Assembly: GCA_047967505.1 (NCBI GenBank)
Contig: CM106538.1
DNA: 64,000 nt
Direction: 5' to 3' (one strand)
DNA from: Dipteris shenzhenensis
Taxonomy: Eukaryota
The translations under genes were made by a program, and so were the position numbers. Under the pieces are notes generated by a model. That model ran no database searches, was not told where the DNA came from, and saw only the letters and a program-made list of their open reading frames with translations. Positions 50,646-61,486 of the stretch are shown piece by piece; position 1 is the stretch's first letter, and every line of letters begins with the position of its first letter.

Positions 50646-51900
50646 TGTTAGGCTTCATAGCGCTTAGGAAAATAACCCTTCCTAGTACCTGCAACAATTA
50701 ATTAAAGCGCACCACCATGGCACCTATTATTTGTTAGCGCTTTGCATGCAAATAATACACTGTGGACTAATTCTAGTCACGGTGGGCGTCCCCATTGAAC
50801 ACGTGCACACATAACAAATATATAAATATATTTATTATTTGGTTGACCGGAGTCAACGCTCTTGATCATAATTAAGGGTCTTTGACCAAGGGTTGAGGCG
50901 CCTTAACTATAGCCAAGTCTCTCCAACCGAAGTTGGCACATCTTGGGTAACCGCAGTTAACCTTCTTGGTATAAACCAAGTCTTCCTGATCGAAATCAGG
51001 CTCACTTGACCGAAGTGAAGTATCTTTGACCGTAGTCATTTCTTTGACCAATAGAAAAACTCTTTTGACCATAATTAACCTAGATGGAGAACTCTTTAAT
51101 TATGATCGCATTATCACATCTAGCTTCGTGTTCTTTAATCTCTGCTTGAATATCAGACTTACTTGCTTTGGTGTCGACTTCCACAGTCACTTGCTTCTTA
51201 GCAGTTTGTACTTCAATGTGAACAAGACCTTTGACTGTAGAGACTAGCTGCGGAGTAGGGGGGGAAATCCTTACAAGATTTTACAGCCTCTTCAATCATT
51301 GCCTGCTTATCAGGCCCTTCTAGAATATCAAGTCGAGCCTTTACTTTTACCAGTTCCAATCGTAGCTCTCTCACTACCTACTGCGGATAAACAATCAGAT
51401 CTTGTTGCCCAAGGATGGGTCGTTTTGAGCCTTCTTGTTGGTAATTTTGTGCATATATAGAGGGTGTCATGGCTGCAACTGTAGAGTACCGAGTCCTGAT
51501 GGAGGTCGAAGGGGGACTTGGAGAGGGTAGGCCAATCCACAATTGGCTGTCTATTGAACCCCCTAGCTTAACCTAACTCCCGGGTTGGGTTGGGGATTTA
51601 GCCCAACTCAAGGTTAGGGTTAGCGTGTTTGTTGCTAGCTGAGGTAACTGCTGGCTGAGGCAAAGGGCTGACAGGCTGCGCGGAGAGGTACGGACGGAGA
51701 GGTATGGGGAGGTACGTGTTGTTGATGGAGAGGTACGGGCTGCTGATGGGTTGTACGGAGAGGTACGGGCTGCTGATGGGCTGGTACGGGCTACTGACGG
51801 AGAGGTGCGGGCTGTTGTACGGAGGGTTACGGACCTGCTGTACGGGGGGGAGAGAGAGAGAGAGAGAGATGTATTAACGTCTACGGGAGGCCTCGTGGGC
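50646..51900 (-). mobile_element. Probable partial or solo LTR of another family
   Basis: Ends CCTAACA on the minus strand at 50646, has no long ORF, and contains a TTGACC cluster, an about 21-bp CCGTAC-containing repeat and a (CT)n tract. It is cut off by the RTEX tail. Confidence 0.4.
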
Positions 51901-52585
51901 CTATGAGAAAGAAAGAAAGAAAGAAAGTTTAAAGTCTTCGGGAGACCGTGAAGGTCTATGAGACTAAAGATAACTGATACAATGAGCATAACGGTGGTGG
52001 TCTCAAAACGGGCCAACCAACCGTTTCTACAAAAAAGAGGTTATGAAGGACTATGTGTCTAGTCCTGATACAAAAAATATGTGTCTACCTCCAGATGATA
52101 CAAAGAAGAAGAAGGGGGGGGGCACAGAAAAGTGGGGCAGAGGGGGGAGATACAGTAGTATACATGTGCAGGTGGTGATCGTCAGAGACCAATCATAGAG
52201 GGGCTGTCAAATGGGAAGTCAGAAAAAACCCTGCGATAGATAATTGGCCTCTGACGTCACTCGGCCTAGTCGAGCTCGATCGTCGGGGGCGGCGGGTGGC
52301 CCTGTGGATGAGGGCAACGGTAACCCCAGTGGGGCGGGCCGAGAGCAGAGACGAGATGTCATGGACCTGGATGTGTGAGTCTGTCCGCTGACGCAGCTGT
52401 CGTGACTTTGGCTCTCGCTCACGTCCGCGTCGTCGGCTAGACTGAGAAGAGGTATCCTGTGGCTGAAAGAAGTCAGTGATAGGCCGCTGGGTGTCCTCAC
52501 GCTGTGTGTGCTGCTCGTGTCGCCGTGCTCGGAGAGAAGTATCTCGGTAGCGGGTGATCTCATGTAAGAAAGCGGCAAGGCACCG

Positions 52586-55500
52586 CTAATTCGGGAATTG
52601 TAGCATGTGTGGGAGGGAGCCGAATCCGTTGCGGAAGAGGCAGTGGTATCGGCCTCGAATGGCATAATAGATAGGACATCTGAAAGCAAAATGCTCCTCC
52701 GACTCGATCTCCTGTAAGTTGCAAAGTGGGCAAAGGCGGTCCTCTCGTGGGATACCCTCTGCGCGTCCACTCTCGATCGGTAATCGGTGTGACGAGACCC
52801 TAAACTGAGCGAGGGAGATCCGGAGCGTATGTGGTAGATGAAGTTGTGTGTAACCCGGAGGTGTGATGAAGCCCTCCTGTGAGATCTGGAGGCAGTGTCG
52901 GCGGTAGAAGTTGAGCTTCACAGGAAGCTCGGAGTGAAGAAACCATGTCCGCCAGGTGTGGAGCTGGAGCAGATTCGCCCGAATGAGCCGGTTGACCTCT
53001 TGGTCAGTGGGGGAGAGAGGAGATGGTGGAGCATCGAGGCTGTACTGAAAAGGAGGCAACCGGTCTAAGTCGAGGCCCAGCCGGGTGAACCAATTGGAAA
53101 GACGACTATACCAGCATCGCTGGTCCCCATCAACGGATAAGGCCATAGAGGAGGATAGGGCTAACCAAGGTAGGCGGAGGCGACCGTCAGCGGAGGAGCC
53201 AAAATCCCTGACTCTGTGGAGGTAGGTGATAGCTTGAAAAGCCGCATCAAGCTGTAGGGGTGAGGCGCCGAACTCTGCTAGAATGATCTGGTGTGGTACC
53301 GATGGTTTGCTACGGATCATCCGAGCAAACATCAGTATCTGCAGGCGCTCAACTCGACTCCCCACCAAGGGCTACCATACATGCCTGCTGGGCGGACCAA
53401 AGAAAAAAAAAGGAGAGACTTGGTCCGCGGGTCCTGGAAGTGGGAGTGGTAGCACTGTCGCTCCAGCCTGGCAAGAGCGGCTTATCCCCAGTTGATCCTG
53501 GCCTACATGGCCGGGCGCATCGTGAAGATCGGGCCTGAGAAGACAACGCCCGAGTATGTGTAGGAGTCAACTATCTCAACAAGGTCGCCGGCGAAGGGGA
53601 ACTGCTCTCGGTGCATAGTGGGTCTGGAAGTGTTGAAGATCATCACCTTGGTTTTCCCAAGGTTGACCTTTAAGTCATGTGTATCACAGAAGGCCTGAAG
53701 TCCATCCAAGTGTCGCTGAAGACCAGTAGCAGAAGAGGATAGTAGTACTACATCGTCTGCGTATAGGAGAATCTGGATGGCAGTCTCCGCAAGAGAGCAG
53801 CCTGCACCTCCGAGTGTCCTGATGGTGGTCTCGAGCTCGTTGATGTAGAGGTCAAATAGAGTCGGTGACAAGGGACATCCTTGTTTGACTCCGATAGTGC
53901 TCGTGATCTCTGGGGTCCAGCTGGTGCCAATCCTGACGTGCCCCGTCACCCGCTTTAGAGAGCTACTACTGCCTAGATAATCGCCGAGTCGTAGCCTAAC
54001 TCCTGCAGACGTCTGATGAGTCGGGCGCGGGGAACGGTGTCGAATGCCTTGCGGAAATCCACAAAGCAACAATATACTCTCTGTCTCCTGTGTCTGGCCT
54101 CCTCAATGATCCCTCTAAGTGTAAAAATGTGATCGTAAGTCGAGTGATCCGTTCTGAAGCCGGCCTGTCCGGATGCCCTGAGCCCCTGTATCTCTGCGCG
54201 AGCACTGACCTCGCCTTCTAACACTGATGCATAGATCTTGGACATAACATGTCCAACCATGATGGTCCTGTAATTCCCTGGATCCATGGGATCTCCTGCT
54301 TTGTGGATGGGTGTGATAGTGTTTAGGGTCCAGGCTCTGGGGAACCCGTGACAGACAGCTTCATTGAACAGCGTTGCCAGGATGGGGGCTAGAGTTTTGA
54401 TGCCATAGGCAACAAACTCTGTGCATAGGCCCTCATGATCCTTAGCTCGACCGTTATGAAGCTTATGTGCTGCGTGGGTGACTCCCTGGGTTGTGAAGAG
54501 GATACAAGAATTGGGGCGGGGGGTGGCTAAGAGGTCGGGAGGGGGCTGATCAGGGATATCATAGAGTGTGCCTGCGTAGGTGTGCCAGAGGGAAGTGTCC
54601 GTGAGGGGGGAGGGGGATCGGCGTTCTAGGAATTTCCTCCAGAAATCCTTGGAGTTGCTACTAAACAGAATGTTCAGTAGCGTATCCTCATTCTGGCGCA
54701 GGAAGGCTAGCTTCTTGCGACGGACTAGTCGACGATAATCCCTGGTGAGACGTGGGTTGGCCCTAGCGTTTCGCTGGGTTCTGAGTCGGAGTGTGCGGCG
54801 TAATGCTTTGCACTCGTCATCATACCATCTGTTGCAAGGGGTAGAGCCAGCGGGTGGAGGGCGGGTGGACCGGGCGGTGGAAGGAAAGATGTGGCGGGCT
54901 GCATTGTGAAGGGAGTGGGTGATAAGGGTGGCTCAGTGATCTAGAGAGGGTATGGTGCCTATGTGTCTGAGGAGGGAGGCTAGGTGGGCTGAGTAATCAG
55001 GTGAGAGGTTATGATCGAAGTGTATATTATGATAGGTAGTATAGTGCGGGGTGTGGCTGGGAGGGGCTCGGGACGCAAGTATATGAAAGAAAAGGTAAGT
55101 GTGATCGGCTCCTGGGGGTGAGGGTGTAGTGCGGAAGTCAGTGATCTATGGGGCTAAAGCAGGAGATCCCAAAATATAGTCGACGACACTGGCTCCTCCG
55201 CCATGTGGGAAACATGTGAAACCAGAGGAGGCAGGCCACCGATCTAGTCCATTGTAGATGACCAGATCATGTATACGTCCAAGGTCCAAAAGAGCCTGCC
55301 CATACCCAATAACGGGAGCGCGACTGTCAGCCGAGGAGCGAGGGAAGCCCGAGTCCTCTGTGTCCATCTCAGGTAATAGGACCGGATCTGAGTGGAAATC
55401 CAGGAGTGATGTCTGACGTGCACCTGTCCTTGCGTTGAAATCCCCGACTAGGAGGACCTCTCCGCGTCTGGAGAACTCCACAATGTCTGAGTAGAGATCT

Positions 55501-55937
55501 AGATGGGGGGATACCCCCGTATCCTCGCGAAGCATCCGTGCGAAATGTGACGTCTCAGGAGGAAAATAGCAGACTGCAATAAAGAGGTCGCGTGTGGAGG
55601 GGCATCGGAATCGGAGCCATAGGTAATGGGCATGGGCATCCCATCTAACCACGGATGTCAAGCTCGTGAGCGCTGAGCGAAGGAGTACTGCAACTCCGCC
55701 TGACCCTCGGACCCCCCCGGTATATCTGGTCTCCTCACGGAATACTGACTCCCAGGTATAGCCATTGACCAAGGGGAGAGGGCGCTCGGGGCTCTCATGT
55801 GTCTCTGTATAGAAAGCGATGTCGCGTCCAGTGTATGACTCTGAGAAGTTCCCAGGGTCATACGAGAGGGTACCATTACAGTTCCATACGGTGCATGCCA
55901 AGGGTACTGTGTGCTGAGTCTGAGTCTCATAGACCAT
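52586..55937 (-). pseudogene. RTEX ORF2 (endonuclease and reverse transcriptase), interrupted
   Basis: VWNCNG, YTETH, GGVAVL, GDFNAR, VVDY, ADH (endonuclease); NYRTI, QAGFR, FVDFRKAFD, GVKQGCPLSP, LYADD (RT). In-frame stops and frameshifts are present. Confidence 0.92.
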
Positions 55938-55943
55938 GTCTCC

Positions 55944-56924
55944 CTATTGGGGGGGGGAGTCTGCTACCATGTCTGGAGTACCTGGTGGGGCTCGGCGGCG
56001 GGGGCCAACTAACAGGCGGCCATCTCGGACGACAGCCCACTTCCCCTCCTGACGGGCTACATCTCGCTGCTGAAGCAGGGTGCGCCGCTCTTCCACCTGC
56101 ATAGGTGTGAGATCCTCATCCATGAAGATAGTAGGGTGGTCCCATAGTGTAGCACGCTGCCTGAGAGCTGCAAGTCGAGCCTGAGTATCCCTGAATCGGA
56201 TGATGAGTGGCTGTGGGCGCGTGGGATCCCGTCCTGTGTGCCATGCATGCTCGATCCCATGCTCGACGAGGCCAAGGGTAGAGGTCACAAAAGCAGTCGT
56301 GTCCGCTAAGGGGGTGAGTGAATCTGGGCGGGGGATACCTCGTACTCGGATGTTGAGAGCCTTACTGGCCCTCTGTTCCTGCTCGGCGATGGTGGCTGAG
56401 ACTGCTGCTTTGGGTGCCCGTCTCGCAACGTCCACCCATTTGGTAGTCTCCGCAATAGCAGTCTGGATAGTAGCGATCCGCTCCTCTACCTCTGGTGTAG
56501 TGCGCGGGGCCGCTGTGACTGTAGCAGTGAGAGAGACAACCTCCTGACGGAAAAGAGTGATCTCCTGGCGCATGCTCTGAATAAGCTGGTCTTGTGCTAC
56601 GGTGTGATCCCGTAGTCGATGTAGCTCCGCAAAGATGTAATCTATCGTCTCAGGTGGGACCCGGGGGGGTGCGAACTGGGACATGGCGTATGGCTGTGGA
56701 GGCGTGGGCGATAGGCTAGCTGTATATGGCAGAGGAGTGGAGAAAGGCTGCTGGGTGAGGGGAAGGGGGGACATAAGAGTGGTGGAGACAGAAGGAAGCT
56801 GTGTGGGGGGTGAGGGACTGTGACCCTCTCCTGTGGGGGGCAGGTTGAGTGGTACAGTGGTGGGGGGGGCAGTGATTGGAGTAGAGATGATGGCTACGGG
56901 AGAAGGAACTGCATTGGTGTCCAT
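55944..56924 (-). CDS. RTEX ORF1, 326 aa (coiled coil plus L1/CR1-type RRM-CTD-like region), intact
   Basis: Pro/Thr-rich N-terminus, heptad region, NIRVRGIP...PLIIRF...IFMDEDLT..VEERR...GKWAVVRDGRL. Confidence 0.85.
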   Translation of the reverse strand: MDTNAVPSPVAIISTPITAPPTTVPLNLPPTGEGHSPSPPTQLPSVSTTLMSPLPLTQQPFSTPLPYTASLSPTPPQPYAMSQFAPPRVPPETIDYIFAELHRLRDHTVAQDQLIQSMRQEITLFRQEVVSLTATVTAAPRTTPEVEERIATIQTAIAETTKWVDVARRAPKAAVSATIAEQEQRASKALNIRVRGIPRPDSLTPLADTTAFVTSTLGLVEHGIEHAWHTGRDPTRPQPLIIRFRDTQARLAALRQRATLWDHPTIFMDEDLTPMQVEERRTLLQQRDVARQEGKWAVVRDGRLLVGPRRRAPPGTPDMVADSPPQ

Positions 56925-57169
56925 TGCACCCTATGTTTTCAGGGCTGGTTGGCTGTCAATTGCTAATCCACTCGTGGAGATGCGCTTTGTGATCTCTCCC
57001 ACAATTGGCTTCGGAGACTGTTCGGGTTTGTGGGCCATTGTAGGACTTGTTCAAGTGCACGATTTCCAGGGGAGGCAGATCTTGTGCAGCATTGCTGTAG
57101 GGATGCGTAGGCCTGCGCAAGGCCAGTGGCAAGCCAATGCTTGCAGCAGACAAGGGCCCTCAGACCACG

Positions 57170-58050
57170 GGAAGGCTGCGGGAGGGTGTGGGGCAGAGGC
57201 TACGGGAGGGGGGGTGGTGCAGAGGTTGCGGGAGGGGGGGGAGTAGAGTGGAGCTACGGGAGGGGGGGGGCAGAGTGGAGCTACGGGAGGGGGGCAGAGT
57301 AGAGCTACAGGAGAGGGGGGGGCTGAGCGACGAGGGAGGGGGAGGCTGAGCGACGAGGGGGAGGGGGCTGAGCGACGGGGGGGGGGGGGGGCTGAGCGAC
57401 GAGGGGGGGGGAGGGGGCTGAGTGGCGAGGGGGGGGGGGCTGAGCGGCGAGAGAGGGGGAGGCTGAGCGACAAGGGAGGGTGCTGAGCGGCGGTGAGGGG
57501 GAGGGGGCTGAGCGGCGGTGAGGGGGAGGGGGCTGAGCGGCGGTGAGGGGAGGGGGCTGAGCGGCGAGGGGAGGAGAGACGACGAGGGGAGGAGCGAGGG
57601 GAGCGGCGAGGGAGGGGAGCGACGAGCGAGGGGAGCGGCGAGGGAGAGCGACGAGGGGGGGCGGCGAGGGAGGGAGCGACGAGGGAGAACGGCGAGGGGG
57701 CGGCGAGGGGGCGTCGAGGGAGGGTAGTGGGAGGGAGGGTAGCGGGAGGGAGGGTAGCAGCGGGAGGGAGGGTAGAGGGAGAGCGGCGAGGGGGCGTCGA
57801 GGGAGGGGGCGGCGAGGGGGCGTCGAGGGAGGGTAGCGGGAGGGAGGGTAGCTGCGGGAGGGAGGGGGCGGCGAGGGAGGGTAGCGGGAGGGAGGGTAGC
57901 AGCGGGAGGGAGGGGGCGGCGAGAGAGAGAGAGAGAGACGGGGGGTAGAGGCGGGGGTAGGGAGCGGGTAGAGGAGAGGGGTGTAGAGGCGGGGGGGAGG
58001 GTAGTGGCGAAGGAGGGGTAGAGGCGGGGGGAGGGTGTAGAGGCGGGGGA
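57170..58050. repeat. G-rich minisatellite array (about 20-bp units) in the RTEX 5' UTR
   Basis: Repeated gggggctgagcg(a/g)cgagggg and gggagggtagcgggag units. Confidence 0.85.
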
Positions 58051-58199
58051 GAGAAAATGCAGAACCCAAAAGGTAACTCATACAAGCCACTAAGGGCTGA
58101 AGCAAAGGGCTCACTAAGGCCCTTGCTGAAAGCTAAAGTGCAAAGCTAGTGAACAACATAGTAACCATGGCAACCTCTGTCTCCCTGATGTGCAGTCTC

Positions 58200-58810
58200 C
58201 ATATGATCTAACCTGGTGTAGATATGTGATGCTCTGAAAGGTTGCATCTAGCTGGAGTGGAGAAGCACCAAGCTCGGCCTGAATGATGTGATGTGGCTTG
58301 AATGATGTGATGTGGTACAGACGGTTTCCCCCGGATCATCCGTGAGAGCATGAGGATCTACAAGCGCTCCACCCGTGTCAACTCTATCTCTGACATGTCA
58401 GGCCCCCAACAAGGGCTGTCATACATACCGGCTGGTCAGACCAAGGAGTCGAAGAGAAGAGCCTTGGTCCGAGGGTCCTGGAAGTGGGAGTGAAAGCACT
58501 GTCTCTCTAGCCGAGCCAGTGAGGCGTATCCCCTGCTCAGTCTGGCGTGCATCGCTAGTCTCATCGTGAAGATCGGGCAGGAGAAGATGACCCCTAAGTA
58601 AGTGTATGAGGATACGATCTCAACTGGTGACCCACCCAAAGTAAAAGTAAACTGCTTCCGTTGCATGTTTGCTCGAGAGGTGTTAAAGATCATGACCTTG
58701 GTCTTGCCAGGGTTGACCTCCAAATCATGGGATAAACAAAAATCCTGCAGTGCATCCAGGTGTCGCTGGAGCCCCTCGGGTGTGGACGACAAGAGTATGG
58801 CACTCCCAGA
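58200..58810 (-). mobile_element. Older RTEX-type RT C-terminal fragment
   Basis: LLSSTPEGLQRHLDALQDFC...VNPGKTKVMIFN...SYTYLGVIF...HFQDPRTKALLFDSLV. Confidence 0.85.
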
Positions 58811-58829
58811 AAAAACATGAAGAATCTGC

Positions 58830-60026
58830 AATCCTAAATTCGTGTATAGTCTCTGCAAAGCACCTCTGGTGGTTCAATGCTTGGTGGTTTATCAGTTCAT
58901 TGGGAAAGGCTTCTATCAAGCGTCAATTAAGAATATGGCGAGAGGGAGTGGTTGGTAATTACAGAGGTAATCTGGTGTATGCCATACCTTGGAGTGCGGA
59001 TTTCACTCCTGAGGGGGATTTATAATCAGAATGCCCAGTATGGATTCAATTTCCTAACATTAATGAGCTTCTCGTCGTTGAGCTGGAGAAGATTGCCTCG
59101 CTCCTTGGGAGAGTGTTATACGTGCCACCAGTTTAGGTAAAAAAATCTTCCCTCGAGAGTTTGTCCCTTGTGGGATAGGAGGAAGGACCCTCCTGAAGGC
59201 TTGGAGTTGCTACTTCCAAATGGGTGGAATGCGTTTGTGGAAGTGCGCTTTAGTAACTTTCTTGAAGCCTGTTATTTGTGTAGATCATTATGCCACTTTG
59301 TGCAGGATTTTCCAACTTGACATGCAGAAGTATATGATGTTTGGATGCAAGAGAAAACGAGGAAGGACAGTCTGCATGAAGGAGTTCTGGTCATGTCGAA
59401 CACCATTGCTCAGGGAAATGCTTCATAATCAACTTCTAAGGGAATACATGGAAGAGCGAGCAGTAGATCTTCCGAGAACTAAATGTGAGCAAACTAATAA
59501 AGATGGTAGCAAAGGCAATGGTAATCAATTACCAAGAGAGGGAAGGATCTTGTTTCTGGATTGGTGGAAAGTGCTCTTGATAGAGCCCAGGCAAATGAGA
59601 AGAGCCTCGAGCTAGTGAAGGTGGTATGGCGGAGAGGTCTAAAAAAGTGGAGTCTATTCGTGTTGCCAAAAACAAGGCTTAGAAGGGTAGCTTTGTGAAT
59701 ATTAGAGGCATATGTCCGGCTTGGAAGAAAATATATGTTAAAAAGCTTGTTCGTCAAAAGAATCCATCGGTGCTGGTTTTGCAGGAGCTTAAAGTAGGTA
59801 AAGCGGGGCTTGATGATTGGATGGTGCTGTGTTACCACCATGTGTTTTGCAATTGTCCGTTCAATGGTAGAGGAGGTATGGCTCTCTTGGTGTCGGCAAA
59901 GTACTTTGTTGTTTCTATTGTAAAGGACAATGCAAGTGAATACTTGGTGGTCGAGTTAGAAACTCAAGGCCATAAGTTCTTTGTTGCTTCTATGTATGCC
60001 CCGAGTCTTCCTCACAAAGGCTTCCA
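58830..60026 (+). mobile_element. Decayed L1-clade LINE (ORF1 and endonuclease start)
   Basis: PWSADF, CPVWIQFP...IASLLGRVL, NIRG...VLVLQELK...GGMALLV...SMYAP. Confidence 0.7.
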
Positions 60027-60370
60027 ATGAAGCTGAGTTTCTACAGAGATTACTGTCTTCGCATTTCGGAGGAGGGATTCATCACATCACCGGGGTACAC
60101 TGAGCTTCATATGCCTCACTCACTACGGATCTGCATCGGACCATTTCGGGTATCATCACACCGCATCCGCATAGAGAGCCGCAGAGCAGAGGGGATTCCT
60201 AGGGAGCATCGCTTATGCATATTGTGCGACTGTTAGGAGGTTGAGTCGGAGGAGCATTTTATTTTCAGGTGCCCAGTGTACTACGAGATCCGAGGTTGCT
60301 ACCACTGCCTCTTCAGAGACCGGCTCCGGGCTCCTTTCCAGATTCCTCGCCTACCCAGATCAGACCAAGT
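60027..60370 (+). mobile_element. RTEX-type ORF2 C-terminal fragment
   Basis: KLSFYRDYCLRISEEGFITSPGY...FRVSSHRIRIESRRAEGIPREHRLCILC. Confidence 0.85.
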
Positions 60371-60763
60371 ACTTGCCCAGGCCACATATATCCAGGTAAC
60401 CTAGTGGCTCTGTGATGAGATGTGAGGAGCTCTCATATCTGTGTCTGTCGAGCTGTCTCTCGACGCGGTGGAGGGCGTGGTCTCCTCGATCTCTGTATCC
60501 GATGGGCTACGTGGAGGGTGACGCCTCGTCTTTGGCGGTCACCTCTGAGGAGGGTTGAAATAGATTGGACCTCGATAGTGCGTGCTCTGGTCCCTCTCCA
60601 TGTCACATGTGGAGTGCGTGTCTCTCGTCTGGCAGCATCGTGGTGGAGACTCCCACTGCTGGCATCGTGGTGTCGACTTCACTGCTAGTCCATGATGCTC
60701 TCATCTCATCAAGCTCCTCTTCCTCAGCCTCACCGGTGGCTGACTCAGTTGCATAGAGAGAGA

Positions 60764-61030
60764 GAAAGAAAGAAAGAAAGAAAGAAAGTTTATCAAAGTC
60801 TTTGGAAGACCAATGGGTCTATGAGACTGTGAAAAAACTGGTACAAACAAGTTGTGGTGGTGGAGCTATTAAACAAGCATCCACACCAATGCAAAATGCA
60901 AAAAATGCAGAATGGTAGTACTAAGTCCTAAGTACAACATAGTCATGTCGGTAGTCGACTGTATATCAATCTCATCATTATCATCATCATCAGGACATCG
61001 AGGTGGATGAGGCAATGGGGGCATGAAGTT
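60764..61030 (-). mobile_element. Short RTEX-family 3' end with (TTTC)n tail
   Basis: (GAAA)n followed by gtctttggaagaccaatgggtctatgagact, matching the 51907 terminus. Confidence 0.7.
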
Positions 61031-61486
61031 TAATAAGCATTAGGTTTACGGAAGAGATTCCAGAAATCTTTTGAGACCCAGATGGCAGTTTATGCTTTGG
61101 TACTTGATGAGCACATAAGTGTAGCTTTGCTTTCTAAGTTATTGTTTTAACTTTTCTTTTCTTAGTTACTCATAAATTTGTCTAAACTTGCTTACTAACT
61201 CCCTTCTTTCCTTTGCTCTTTTACTTGTTTTAGATGTTCTTTTTCAATGAAAAGACTTCTATAAAGTACCAGCTTGGAAAACGGATAGAAGTGTACTTCA
61301 ACATTAAGATTAGGCATCTCTCTTGCTTGTGTGAGTCTAATGGTTGATATTAATTAGGTCGCCATGTATAGATTGAATGTCCTAAGAATATGGTTATGAA
61401 CTGCACATTTTTATGAAGGTTTTGCCAGGTTTAAAGGCATGCAGACTTGTGGATTTTTAACAAGAAAATGGCATGAATTTGTGCAG

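Larger units (their letters stand above)
51907..58050 (-). mobile_element. Near full-length two-ORF RTEX-type non-LTR retrotransposon with (TTTC)n tail
   Basis: C-rich repetitive 5' UTR, ORF1, then ORF2 with APE endonuclease, RT and the C-terminal FRVSSHRLPIESGR...CPLC...EEHF..C motif typical of RTEX-like LINEs. (GAAA)5 on + at 51907-51927. No TSD found, so the 5' end is approximate. Confidence 0.88.

Noticed and set aside
57051-58114. 344-aa and 269-aa Pro-rich ORFs resembling extensins
   Set aside because: They are translations of the C-rich minisatellite in the LINE 5' UTR, which is open in several frames because of base composition.
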